DNA of 64,000 nucleotides from IMG/VR virus record IMGVR_UViG_3300044695_006284, positions 1 to 64,000 of that record; one strand, written 5' to 3'. The stretch is from a virus. Position numbers and translations under genes: made by a program. Below the pieces are notes generated by a model, which did not search any database, was not told where the DNA came from, and saw nothing but the letters and a program-made list of their open reading frames with translations. Below are positions 7,585 to 14,505 of this stretch, one piece after another; position 1 is the first letter of the stretch, and the number at the start of each line of letters is the position of its first letter.

Positions 7585-8592
7585 TTAGAACGCAGAAATT
7601 AATTTCTTAATTTTATTTTTTTCTGCGGTTAGAATTGGGTCAAACCCTGATGCACCCGCCATGAGTGTTTCAGAATTTCCACGACCTGAACGATAGTAAT
7701 CAAGGCGTTCAGTAAGTGCATTGAATGCACCCCACTTTGTTCCCTTGATGTTAGCGTTAGTTGGTGAATTGTGATACAACTCGTCAAGCAACACGACTTT
7801 GTTTTCCCACTTAGTCAATGCAACTTTAGCAGCATCCTTATCAGGCTTAGGATAAATTGTCTGAATTAACTTTGAGAATTCAGCATCAGTGATTGATTGA
7901 GAATAAAGAGCCTGAGCCTCTTTCTCGAATTCATCAAAGTACCCAAGAGCAAGCCCAAGAGTTTCACGAGCAACTTGGATGCGACCTTCAACAGATTGCG
8001 TGTGGCGAATCTTGAAAGATTGCTTAGCATTCTTCATTGCAAGGTTAAGAGTGTTTTGGCATACAACACGAACAGGAGTAACAGCAGCCTGAACAGCAAC
8101 TGACCCGTCGTGAGATGTCCAAACAATTAGATACAACTTAGTTGCATCATTTGCGCCTTGTGGGTCAAGCACCATTGTGCGAGGAATATCCACTGTACCG
8201 AATACAACCTTACCGCTACGAAGTGAGCCAGCAGATTCCCAACGGCAATCTGCATTCGCATCGTGAATTGCATCTGCGAATGCAAATAGTTCCTCATTCT
8301 GCACAGGCTTGTAACGCTTTCCAACAGTTGCAAGAACATCAGTTCCATTGTTGAATGGGTTGTCACGAATAACTAATTGAGCATTAGATACATCATTCCA
8401 TGTATCTGAAATATGGTCAGTTAGTGGAGACAAGCGAACATTCCAGTTGGAAAGTTTTGCCTCATCTAACATCATTTGAGTTGTAACATCTTCATCTTGT
8501 GTAAAGATGCGATTTGCAAGGTTGTGCCATGCAGGTGCGCCACGAAGTGCGAATGCAACTTCGCCATTTTCCATTTCTAGATTATGAGCCAT
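7585..8592 (-). CDS. DUF932 (phage/plasmid LGT_TIGR03299-like) protein
   Basis: MAH...AWH.L, Y.PVQN, SHDGS, TPVRVVCQNTL, GT.WGAFNA.TE..D motifs. Confidence 0.9.
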   Translation of the reverse strand: MAHNLEMENGEVAFALRGAPAWHNLANRIFTQDEDVTTQMMLDEAKLSNWNVRLSPLTDHISDTWNDVSNAQLVIRDNPFNNGTDVLATVGKRYKPVQNEELFAFADAIHDANADCRWESAGSLRSGKVVFGTVDIPRTMVLDPQGANDATKLYLIVWTSHDGSVAVQAAVTPVRVVCQNTLNLAMKNAKQSFKIRHTQSVEGRIQVARETLGLALGYFDEFEKEAQALYSQSITDAEFSKLIQTIYPKPDKDAAKVALTKWENKVVLLDELYHNSPTNANIKGTKWGAFNALTERLDYYRSGRGNSETLMAGASGFDPILTAEKNKIKKLISAF

Positions 8593-8623
8593 TTTTTACC
8601 TTTCGTTTGTTTGATTAGTTGTA

Positions 8624-8645
8624 AGTATAACAGACCCCACTGACA
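8624..8645 (-). promoter_or_regulatory. RecA-NDp/PafBC-type promoter
   Basis: TGTCAG-TGGGGTCTGT-TATACT. Confidence 0.8.
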
Positions 8646-8702
8646 TTGTCTAGGATTAATTACAATATGTCCGAATTGATCCATGTGATTAATCTCACAA
8701 AA

Positions 8703-8760
8703 TTCCAGGGTTATCCACAAGTGGTCGTAACCCTGTGGATAACCCCTTAGCTTTGCGGGC
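8703..8760 (+). repeat. tripartite element copy 6 with two DnaA boxes
   Basis: TTATCCACA at 8711, TGTGGATAA at 8734. Confidence 0.85.
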
Positions 8761-8789
8761 CAGCTGCATATGCAGCTGGTGTTAGATCT

Positions 8790-9044
8790 TTACAGACCTA
8801 ACTCATCCCTAGTTAATTGGTTTTTGCGATTGAAGTTAATAACTTCGGACGGGAGGTAAAGAGCAGTTGTCTTAGTCTTCTTCAATGTATCATAGACATA
8901 AGCACGAACATCCCCTAAAAAGTTTCCTCTATTAGAGAATGCTAACTCAGTTAAATAATCTTTATCTACACCTTGTTCTGAATAGATTGTTACATCATTT
9001 GCTTTGTTTGCATCATAGATTTCTACTCTGAAACGATTTTTCAT
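8790..9044 (-). CDS. hypothetical early protein
   Basis: AAAGG RBS. Confidence 0.75.
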   Translation of the reverse strand: MKNRFRVEIYDANKANDVTIYSEQGVDKDYLTELAFSNRGNFLGDVRAYVYDTLKKTKTTALYLPSEVINFNRKNQLTRDELGL

Positions 9045-9079
9045 TTTGTTGCCTTTGTTAGTAGTTGTCCCAAAAGGGA

Positions 9080-9106
9080 GAGCAGTTTGGCGACATACTC
9101 AGGTCG
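9080..9106 (-). ncRNA. 27-nt H-type pseudoknot copy B
   Basis: CGAC-CTGAGTAT-GTCG-CCAAAC-TGCTC; stem covaries with copy A. Confidence 0.6.
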
Positions 9107-9115
9107 TTGGATTAT

Positions 9116-9538
9116 TTACAGATAACGAGCAATAGCATTGTAAGTGCTTGTGCTTACTGTTTCCTCATCTGTCATCTTTAGAATACGAATTGCGTTTTCC
9201 AATTCCTCTTTCATCTCATTGTATGAGTGGCGGTGGAGAACTTCGTAGTCCTTCTCAGGCTCTTTAGGAAAGTCTGACTCATTAACTGTTAAATCGAAAT
9301 CAACATTGAGTGTCTTATTCCATGAGCGATAGTTTGTGCGGAAGTTTTCTGCCTTAGCAAAATTAGCCATAGCGAACTTTCCTACTTCTTTGCGCCACTT
9401 CTCCATAGCCTTTTCATGCTTTGCTTCGTTGGCTTCTTGTGATGCGTAATCGGCATTTAACTTTGTCAAGCGAGTTTCTAGTGCCTTGATTACCTTTGGT
9501 GTTGCGATTTTTACGCTAATTGCTTTCTGTCGTGCCAT
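9116..9538 (-). CDS. hypothetical coiled-coil early protein
   Basis: Strong RBS and upstream promoter. Confidence 0.85.
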   Translation of the reverse strand: MARQKAISVKIATPKVIKALETRLTKLNADYASQEANEAKHEKAMEKWRKEVGKFAMANFAKAENFRTNYRSWNKTLNVDFDLTVNESDFPKEPEKDYEVLHRHSYNEMKEELENAIRILKMTDEETVSTSTYNAIARYL

Positions 9539-9577
9539 TTGTTTCCTTCTTTCGTTGTGAGTTGGGTTGATGAAGTA

Positions 9578-9599
9578 ATTATAGCAGGGGGGTCTGACA
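9578..9599 (-). promoter_or_regulatory. RecA-NDp/PafBC-type promoter
   Basis: TGTCAG-ACCCCCCTGC-TATAAT. Confidence 0.8.
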
Positions 9600-9624
9600 T
9601 TTCTGCGACCCCCCTCCCATTAAA

Positions 9625-9807
9625 TTAAACGCCTAGTAGTGTTTGAGCGGATACGGAAGTCCAACGAGTTTCCTTGTTGGGCATTTCCAATAGCACACGC
9701 ACCGAGCCAGATGTTTGTGGGTGGATTTCTTTAATCACACCTGTTTTCTTTGACTTGAGGGTAGTGAATAAATCGCCTACCTGATACAACTTGTCGTTGA
9801 TTGTCAT
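9625..9807 (-). CDS. small SH3/KOW-like protein
   Basis: YQVGD....K..TGVIKEI pattern. Confidence 0.65.
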   Translation of the reverse strand: MTINDKLYQVGDLFTTLKSKKTGVIKEIHPQTSGSVRVLLEMPNKETRWTSVSAQTLLGV

Positions 9808-9837
9808 TTATTGCCTCTTTTCTTTGTTAGGTTGGTA

Positions 9838-9859
9838 ATTATAGCATTGGGGTCTGACA
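9838..9859 (-). promoter_or_regulatory. RecA-NDp/PafBC-type promoter
   Basis: TGTCAG-ACCCCAATGC-TATAAT. Confidence 0.8.
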
Positions 9860-9908
9860 TTAGTCTAGCCCTGTCTCAGTATTTGAGAAAGTTATTGTGT
9901 GACCTTAG

Positions 9909-10169
9909 TCACTCAGGTAGCCAAGCGTGTAAGTGGTGAGCCTCGATGATCGCCCACACTGGCGCACATGTCTCACCTTTGTAAGTAATCCCATCAGGCA
10001 TTTCGATAGTTTCATCCCACATGTCATCATGAGCAAAATCTATTGCTTCGATACATACTGGCACCATAGAAAGTGGAACGGGTGGGTAATGATTACCCTG
10101 TAAGTGATAGCCTAGTGCTACTTCTAAATCTAATTCTTCAGATAAATCTAATGCTGTATTGTATCCCAT
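9909..10169 (-). CDS. hypothetical protein (HL.GNHYPPVP motif)
   Basis: ORF with AAGGTGG RBS. Confidence 0.8.
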   Translation of the reverse strand: MGYNTALDLSEELDLEVALGYHLQGNHYPPVPLSMVPVCIEAIDFAHDDMWDETIEMPDGITYKGETCAPVWAIIEAHHLHAWLPE

Positions 10170-10372
10170 TATTCTGCCACCTTTAGTATTGCGTAAGAGC
10201 CATTAGCATTTATTTCATCAAGAATTGGTTGTAGGCGTGGTGCTACTAAATCTTTTAGCATAGACTCTAGCATAAAGATACGAGTATCCTCATCAAGTGC
10301 CATAACCTGTTGAGTTACTGGATGATTGTCTGCAAACTCTGTTACAAACTTTAGATTGTGTTCTACTATCAT
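10169..10372 (-). CDS. hypothetical early protein
   Basis: AACGAAAGG RBS. Confidence 0.75.
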   Translation of the reverse strand: MIVEHNLKFVTEFADNHPVTQQVMALDEDTRIFMLESMLKDLVAPRLQPILDEINANGSYAILKVAE

Positions 10373-10403
10373 TTTTATTGCCTTTCGTTGTTGGTATAAG
10401 AGT

Positions 10404-10425
10404 ATTATACACTAGGGCACTGACA
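10404..10425 (-). promoter_or_regulatory. RecA-NDp/PafBC-type promoter
   Basis: TGTCAG-TGCCCTAGTG-TATAAT. Confidence 0.8.
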
Positions 10426-10480
10426 AATTGTGCAACACGCCCAAGCTTTATCTTATTTATTTTGTGATTAATCTCACAAA

Positions 10481-10539
10481 TTCCAGGGGGTTGTGGATAA
10501 GTCCCGTAAGCCTGTGGATAACCCCGCAGTATTGCGGGC
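10481..10539 (+). repeat. tripartite element copy 7 (N18) with two DnaA boxes
   Basis: TGTGGATAA at 10492 and 10513; CCCGCA-GTAT-TGCGGG hairpin. Confidence 0.85.
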
Positions 10540-10554
10540 CTGCATAGCTATGCA

Positions 10555-10686
10555 TTACTCTGCATATTTATTTTTATGTTTGATCTTTCGAAAATATTTT
10601 TTCTTATTACGAACAGGTTGCGCCGCATTACTGCGGCGCAATTCCTGAATTCGTTTTACTTTATCTCGAAGTGAATTTTGGGACAT
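10555..10686 (-). CDS. 43-aa highly basic protein
   Basis: MSQNSLRDKVKRIQELRRSNAAQPVRNKKKYFRKIKHKNKYAE. Confidence 0.55.
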   Translation of the reverse strand: MSQNSLRDKVKRIQELRRSNAAQPVRNKKKYFRKIKHKNKYAE

Positions 10687-10852
10687 GATACCCACTCGCT
10701 TCGTGAAATCGTTTTACATCAAATCGGTCATTATCTTTTGCGAACATCTCCGCAAAGTCATTAACCATTTTAGAAAATAACGCTGGGTGCGCTTTATCGC
10801 TTGCGAACTTTAGAATTTCTGCAACCGCGACATAATCTTTTCGTGTCATCAT
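10661..10852 (-). CDS. hypothetical protein (MTRKDY...DN.RFD..RF)
   Basis: ORF. Confidence 0.75.
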   Translation of the reverse strand: MMTRKDYVAVAEILKFASDKAHPALFSKMVNDFAEMFAKDNDRFDVKRFHEASGYHVPKFTSR

Positions 10853-11052
10853 TTTACTGCCACCATTCCACTACGATAGAAAACTTTTGTATAGCATTTG
10901 CCTGTTGGCGTGTAAATATTTACAGTTGAGTATTCGTTAGCAAAACCCCAATCGGTGAATAAGAAAAAGTTTTCCCACGCACCAAATTCGCTTTCGTATT
11001 CTGCTGACCAATGAGGAGCGTGTCCGTCATAAGCACAAGTTAATTTATACAT
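10849..11052 (-). CDS. hypothetical early protein
   Basis: ORF. Confidence 0.7.
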   Translation of the reverse strand: MYKLTCAYDGHAPHWSAEYESEFGAWENFFLFTDWGFANEYSTVNIYTPTGKCYTKVFYRSGMVAVK

Positions 11053-11195
11053 TAGTCATTTTCTCCGTTCCAAAATAGTGAGCCGTCATCTACGCAATCG
11101 CAAGGTTCGCAATCAAAATCATTATCATCACCAAAAAAGATTACTCCGTGTCCGTGGCAATCTTGGCAATCTATTGTTAATACTGAGTTAATCAT
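11052..11195 (-). CDS. 47-aa Cys-rich protein (CQDCHGHG...CEPCDC)
   Basis: TAATG overlaps on both sides. Confidence 0.6.
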   Translation of the reverse strand: MINSVLTIDCQDCHGHGVIFFGDDNDFDCEPCDCVDDGSLFWNGEND

Positions 11196-11359
11196 TAGTG
11201 TTGTTCCTCGCAATCTTTGTCATAGTCAAATCCGCAAAAGTAGCAACCCATAAATTCTAGGTGTTCGATACAGTAATACTTAAATTGACTTTCATCACAA
11301 CAAAAATGTTGCTCGTCTGCGATTTCATAGAAATCGGTTTTGTCGATTATGTTTAACAT
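11195..11359 (-). CDS. 54-aa Cys-rich protein
   Basis: AACGAAAGGA RBS. Confidence 0.65.
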   Translation of the reverse strand: MLNIIDKTDFYEIADEQHFCCDESQFKYYCIEHLEFMGCYFCGFDYDKDCEEQH

Positions 11360-11387
11360 AGTTTTCCTTTCGTTTGTTTATTTAGTT

Positions 11388-11409
11388 ATTGTATCAGTTA
11401 GCACTGACA
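11388..11409 (-). promoter_or_regulatory. RecA-NDp/PafBC-type promoter
   Basis: TGTCAG-TGCTAACTGA-TACAAT. Confidence 0.8.
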
Positions 11410-11480
11410 AATTTTGTGAGGGTTCTTACTTACGACATTGGGCGAGGACTCCCTCTAAACTGCCCCTGTTTCGATTTTAT

Positions 11481-11693
11481 TTAATCGGAAGTTTTTACGG
11501 CTAAATAGCGATAAGTATCTTTTAGATTTAGCGGTGCAGAATAAATTGGGCGTACCTGCACTTTGTAAGTATCTGCATTTGCATACCAGACACTATCATT
11601 TTTTTCTGCTGAAATAATTTCTCCAGTAAGAGAATTTGAGCGATACATTTTTCCTACAAGTAGGCTTTCGATAGTATAGACATTTGCTGACAT
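11481..11693 (-). CDS. hypothetical early protein (MSANVY...)
   Basis: Start reassigned using the CGAAAGGCGG RBS. Confidence 0.75.
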   Translation of the reverse strand: MSANVYTIESLLVGKMYRSNSLTGEIISAEKNDSVWYANADTYKVQVRPIYSAPLNLKDTYRYLAVKTSD

Positions 11694-11725
11694 TTGAGTC
11701 CGCCTTTCGTTTGTTGATAGTAGCA

Positions 11726-11747
11726 ATTATAGCGGATAGCACTGACA
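11726..11747 (-). promoter_or_regulatory. RecA-NDp/PafBC-type promoter
   Basis: TGTCAG-TGCTATCCGC-TATAAT. Confidence 0.8.
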
Positions 11748-11833
11748 AAAGATAATTACTAGCCAGTAATTCCAAATAATGAGACGCTCAAGCCGTGTGA
11801 TAAAAATCACAAAATCTCGGGCGTGTCGGAAAA

Positions 11834-11891
11834 TTCCAGGGGTTGTGGATAACCCCCGTAACCCTGTGGATAACCCCGCTCTTTTGCGGGC
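11834..11891 (+). repeat. tripartite element copy 8 with two DnaA boxes
   Basis: TGTGGATAA at 11844 and 11865; CCCGC-TCTTTT-GCGGG hairpin. Confidence 0.85.
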
Positions 11892-11924
11892 GCATCAGCT
11901 TTTGTCAAGCCGACACGCCTCTGC

Positions 11925-12724
11925 TTATTCGAAATCCTTAAAAATTTCTTCAAGCTTTAAGATTTGCTCATCTGTAAGATGATCAATTTCAATTGCTTTT
12001 TCAAATCCAAAAAAATCCATTATTCATTTTCCATTTCTGCTAAATAATCTTCATGTTCAATTAAGCCGACTGAAAAAGCGATTGGGTCGCAACATTCCAA
12101 AATTTCGGCGGGAGTAAAAGTAGAGTAACCAATTTTTACAGTAGGGTAACAGTCATTTAGTAAATCAATAAAGCTTTCCTTGATTTCTAAATCTTTTTCA
12201 AATTGTGTTTTCATTCGCTTAACTCCAAATCTCTTATGTCGGCAACATAAACATTATTTTTATCTATTCCGTATTTTAATTGAAATTGAAATGTATCAAT
12301 AGCCTCATCATAGGATTCAGCCTCGACATTTATAAAAGCATTAAACTCATAAACTGGCATGATTACCAACACTCCTCACAAGTAAATTTAGTAAAGTCTG
12401 CATCTTTTGCAAAAATCTCTAAATAGTTATTCGCACAAATTGTGCATGATAGCAAATAAGTTTTTGCCTTTTGATACATGTATGGATTAGAGTTAGATAA
12501 TTCTCTATTCTCTAAAACCTCTGATGAAATTAAAATACTCATTTAGTTAAACTCCAATCGGTGTAAAATGGTAAGCGGTCATAGTCATCATAGAAATAAA
12601 CTCTATCTATGTTCTGCTCGCATGTTTCGCAGAAAGTGTATTCGACATCTACGCCCATGCCATAGGTAGTAGATACGCTCTCCATGTGTGGAGTGTGTGT
12701 ATGTGTATTTGTTAGTGTAGTCAT
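11925..12724 (-). CDS. operon of five small hypothetical genes (12724-12539, 12542-12363, 12360-12211, 12214-12020, 12020-11925)
   Basis: Abutting or overlapping ORFs; several have CxxC motifs. Confidence 0.6.
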
Positions 12725-12756
12725 TTGAGACCACCTTTCTTTTTCGTTATGGTAGT

Positions 12757-12778
12757 ATTTTACCACGGGGGTCTGACA
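12757..12778 (-). promoter_or_regulatory. RecA-NDp/PafBC-type promoter
   Basis: TGTCAG-ACCCCCGTGG-TAAAAT. Confidence 0.8.
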
Positions 12779-12847
12779 TTTATCTACCTACTAGCCAGTA
12801 ATTCCAAGATGTGAGACGCTCAGCCTATGTGATAATTATCACATAAA

Positions 12848-12905
12848 TTCTGGGGTTTTCCACAGATGCCCGTAACCCTGTGGATAACCCCGCTCTTTTG
12901 CGGGC
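12848..12905 (+). repeat. tripartite element copy 9 (TTCTGG) with DnaA boxes
   Basis: TTTTCCACA at 12856 (one mismatch), TGTGGATAA at 12879. Confidence 0.8.
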
Positions 12906-13058
12906 CAGCTCGACATTGTCAAGCCGACACGCCGTTAGGCTAGTGTGACTCTTGCCACATCTCTCGCATCTCTGCCTTAAAGTCATGCCATACGATCCTC
13001 GCCATGTATAGGGCGGGTAGGGCAAGGGATAACTGCACTAGTGTAGTAAGTAGTCTAT

Positions 13059-13524
13059 TCATGCGGTCACCTTGATGTCCATTACATTAGCGGTAAACTT
13101 TTTAACCTTGCCTAATTCGCTATCGTTGAGCGATTGTATTACATGGTCAATAGCCTTAGCCTCATGCGCTACATTGTCAATAGAGATTAGTTTAGAGCCT
13201 TGCCAAATTGAGTAAGTGATAGTCATTATTAGTTCTCCCATGTTAGTTGGTATAGTTTTGCTAGTTCTTCATCATCTGAGTCATCAAATTCATCTAGTGG
13301 AGGTTGTTCCTCATCTACCTCATCGAGGTATGCGTATGCGTCTGCGACATCTGATTGGATAGTGTCCCACTTAGACACGCTGTTAGTTTCGTATGAGTAT
13401 GCGTATGACATTATTTATTCATCTCCTCTGCGATAGCCTTAGACTTAGTTAGTGCCTCTAGGGCTACTGATAGGGAGGCAAGGCGTTGAGCCTCTACCAT
13501 TTGCTTGTATTCATCTAGTGTCAT
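13059..13524 (-). CDS. three small hypothetical genes (13524-13411, 13411-13229, 13226-13059)
   Basis: Coupled ORFs, each with an RBS. Confidence 0.65.
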
Positions 13525-13555
13525 TATTCTGACCTTTCGTTGTTGTTATGTTGTA

Positions 13556-13577
13556 AGTGTAGCATGGGGGTCTGACA
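13556..13577 (-). promoter_or_regulatory. RecA-NDp/PafBC-type promoter
   Basis: TGTCAG-ACCCCCATGC-TACACT. Confidence 0.8.
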
Positions 13578-13616
13578 AATTGGGGAGGTTAGCCTAGTGT
13601 GTCGGTGTGAGGTGTG

Positions 13617-13787
13617 TCACCTTCCTCGCTTAACTCGAATAGCCTCGGCTTGCGCTAACTGCTCAGGTGTAGCGTTGCGGAAAGCCTGTACGCTCTCCCT
13701 TATCCAAGGTGACTTAGCCATAGCCTTTTCGTGAGCGATAGCGTTGCGCTCTTGTTGTTCTTTTCTAATTCGTTCTAGTGTATTCAT
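13617..13787 (-). CDS. first gene of the leftward block, hypothetical
   Basis: Start reassigned to MNTLER using the AACGAAAGG RBS. Confidence 0.7.
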   Translation of the reverse strand: MNTLERIRKEQQERNAIAHEKAMAKSPWIRESVQAFRNATPEQLAQAEAIRVKRGR

Positions 13788-13822
13788 TAGATGATTACCT
13801 TTCGTTTTGTTGTTATACCTTA

Positions 13823-13844
13823 AGCATAGCATGGGGGACTGACA
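13823..13844 (-). promoter_or_regulatory. RecA-NDp/PafBC-type promoter
   Basis: TGTCAG-TCCCCCATGC-TATGCT. Confidence 0.8.
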
Positions 13845-14505
13845 AATTGAGGCACATCTCGGGCGTGTCGCAAAAAAATCTTTGTGATGCTAATCACACT
13901 CACGCTCAAGCCCGAAAGAATAATGGGCGCACTATCCAAAATGTCCGTTTTGTCCAGGGTGTGTATCATACATGTAAAAAATATATTAACATTTTCTTAA
14001 ATCTGAAAAAGCAGTCGACTAGAATATAAAGCGGTGGTACAATAGAGCTATGACATGTTCCTTTTGTGATAAGTATGCATACACAAGTATGATCAATAAC
14101 CTTGGCGTAAAATATTATCTTTGCGAAACACATATAAAACAAAACAGCACAATCTCTTGACTTTGATAAAAACTAAATGCTACACTTAGTTTGCTTTGTG
14201 GGGGGCTTACCCTGAAACTCAATATGTACCAGATAACATCTGTGGATATATGTTCCAGGAATTGCTTTCTCTATCTTTCCAAAAAGAAAAAATTTGGGGG
14301 GTAGGGGGGCTTTCCTAAAATCTAATATCCCCAGATAAAATCTATAAAACAAGATAAAAAACATAAGACAAATAGGTGAATAGAGACTTTACATATTCAC
14401 TTAAAAAAACGGGGGTAGAACAGTGAAACTTCTTTGCCAAATAGCCATAATAACTGTCATTACTTTTATCCTTGGTATACTCATACAGATAATAGGCTAA
14501 TATAA

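Larger units (their letters stand above)
5554..13898. promoter_or_regulatory. array of 11 CRP-type palindromes TGTGA-N6-TCACA
   Basis: Perfect at 8684, 10463, 11796, 12828, 13883; one mismatch at 5554, 5581, 7415, 9898, 12944, 13606. Confidence 0.8.

Noticed and set aside
11671-11692. A 16th TGTCAG-N10-TACTAT match
   Set aside because: It overlaps a start codon (ATG TCA GCA) and has no downstream RBS or gene start; probably coincidental.
1799-12905. CRISPR array or integron attC interpretation of the repeats
   Set aside because: Copies are mostly kilobases apart and not identical; there are no RYYYAAC/GTTRRRY ends, and no cas or integrase gene in the window.
2200-14000. LexA SOS boxes (TCGAAC-N4-GTTCGA)
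   Set aside because: None seen by eye, consistent with a LexA-independent promoter class.
1574-14332. 11-bp direct repeat CTAATATCCCC flanking the early block (1574 and 14322)
   Set aside because: Too short to exclude chance, and there is no integrase to support an att-site reading.
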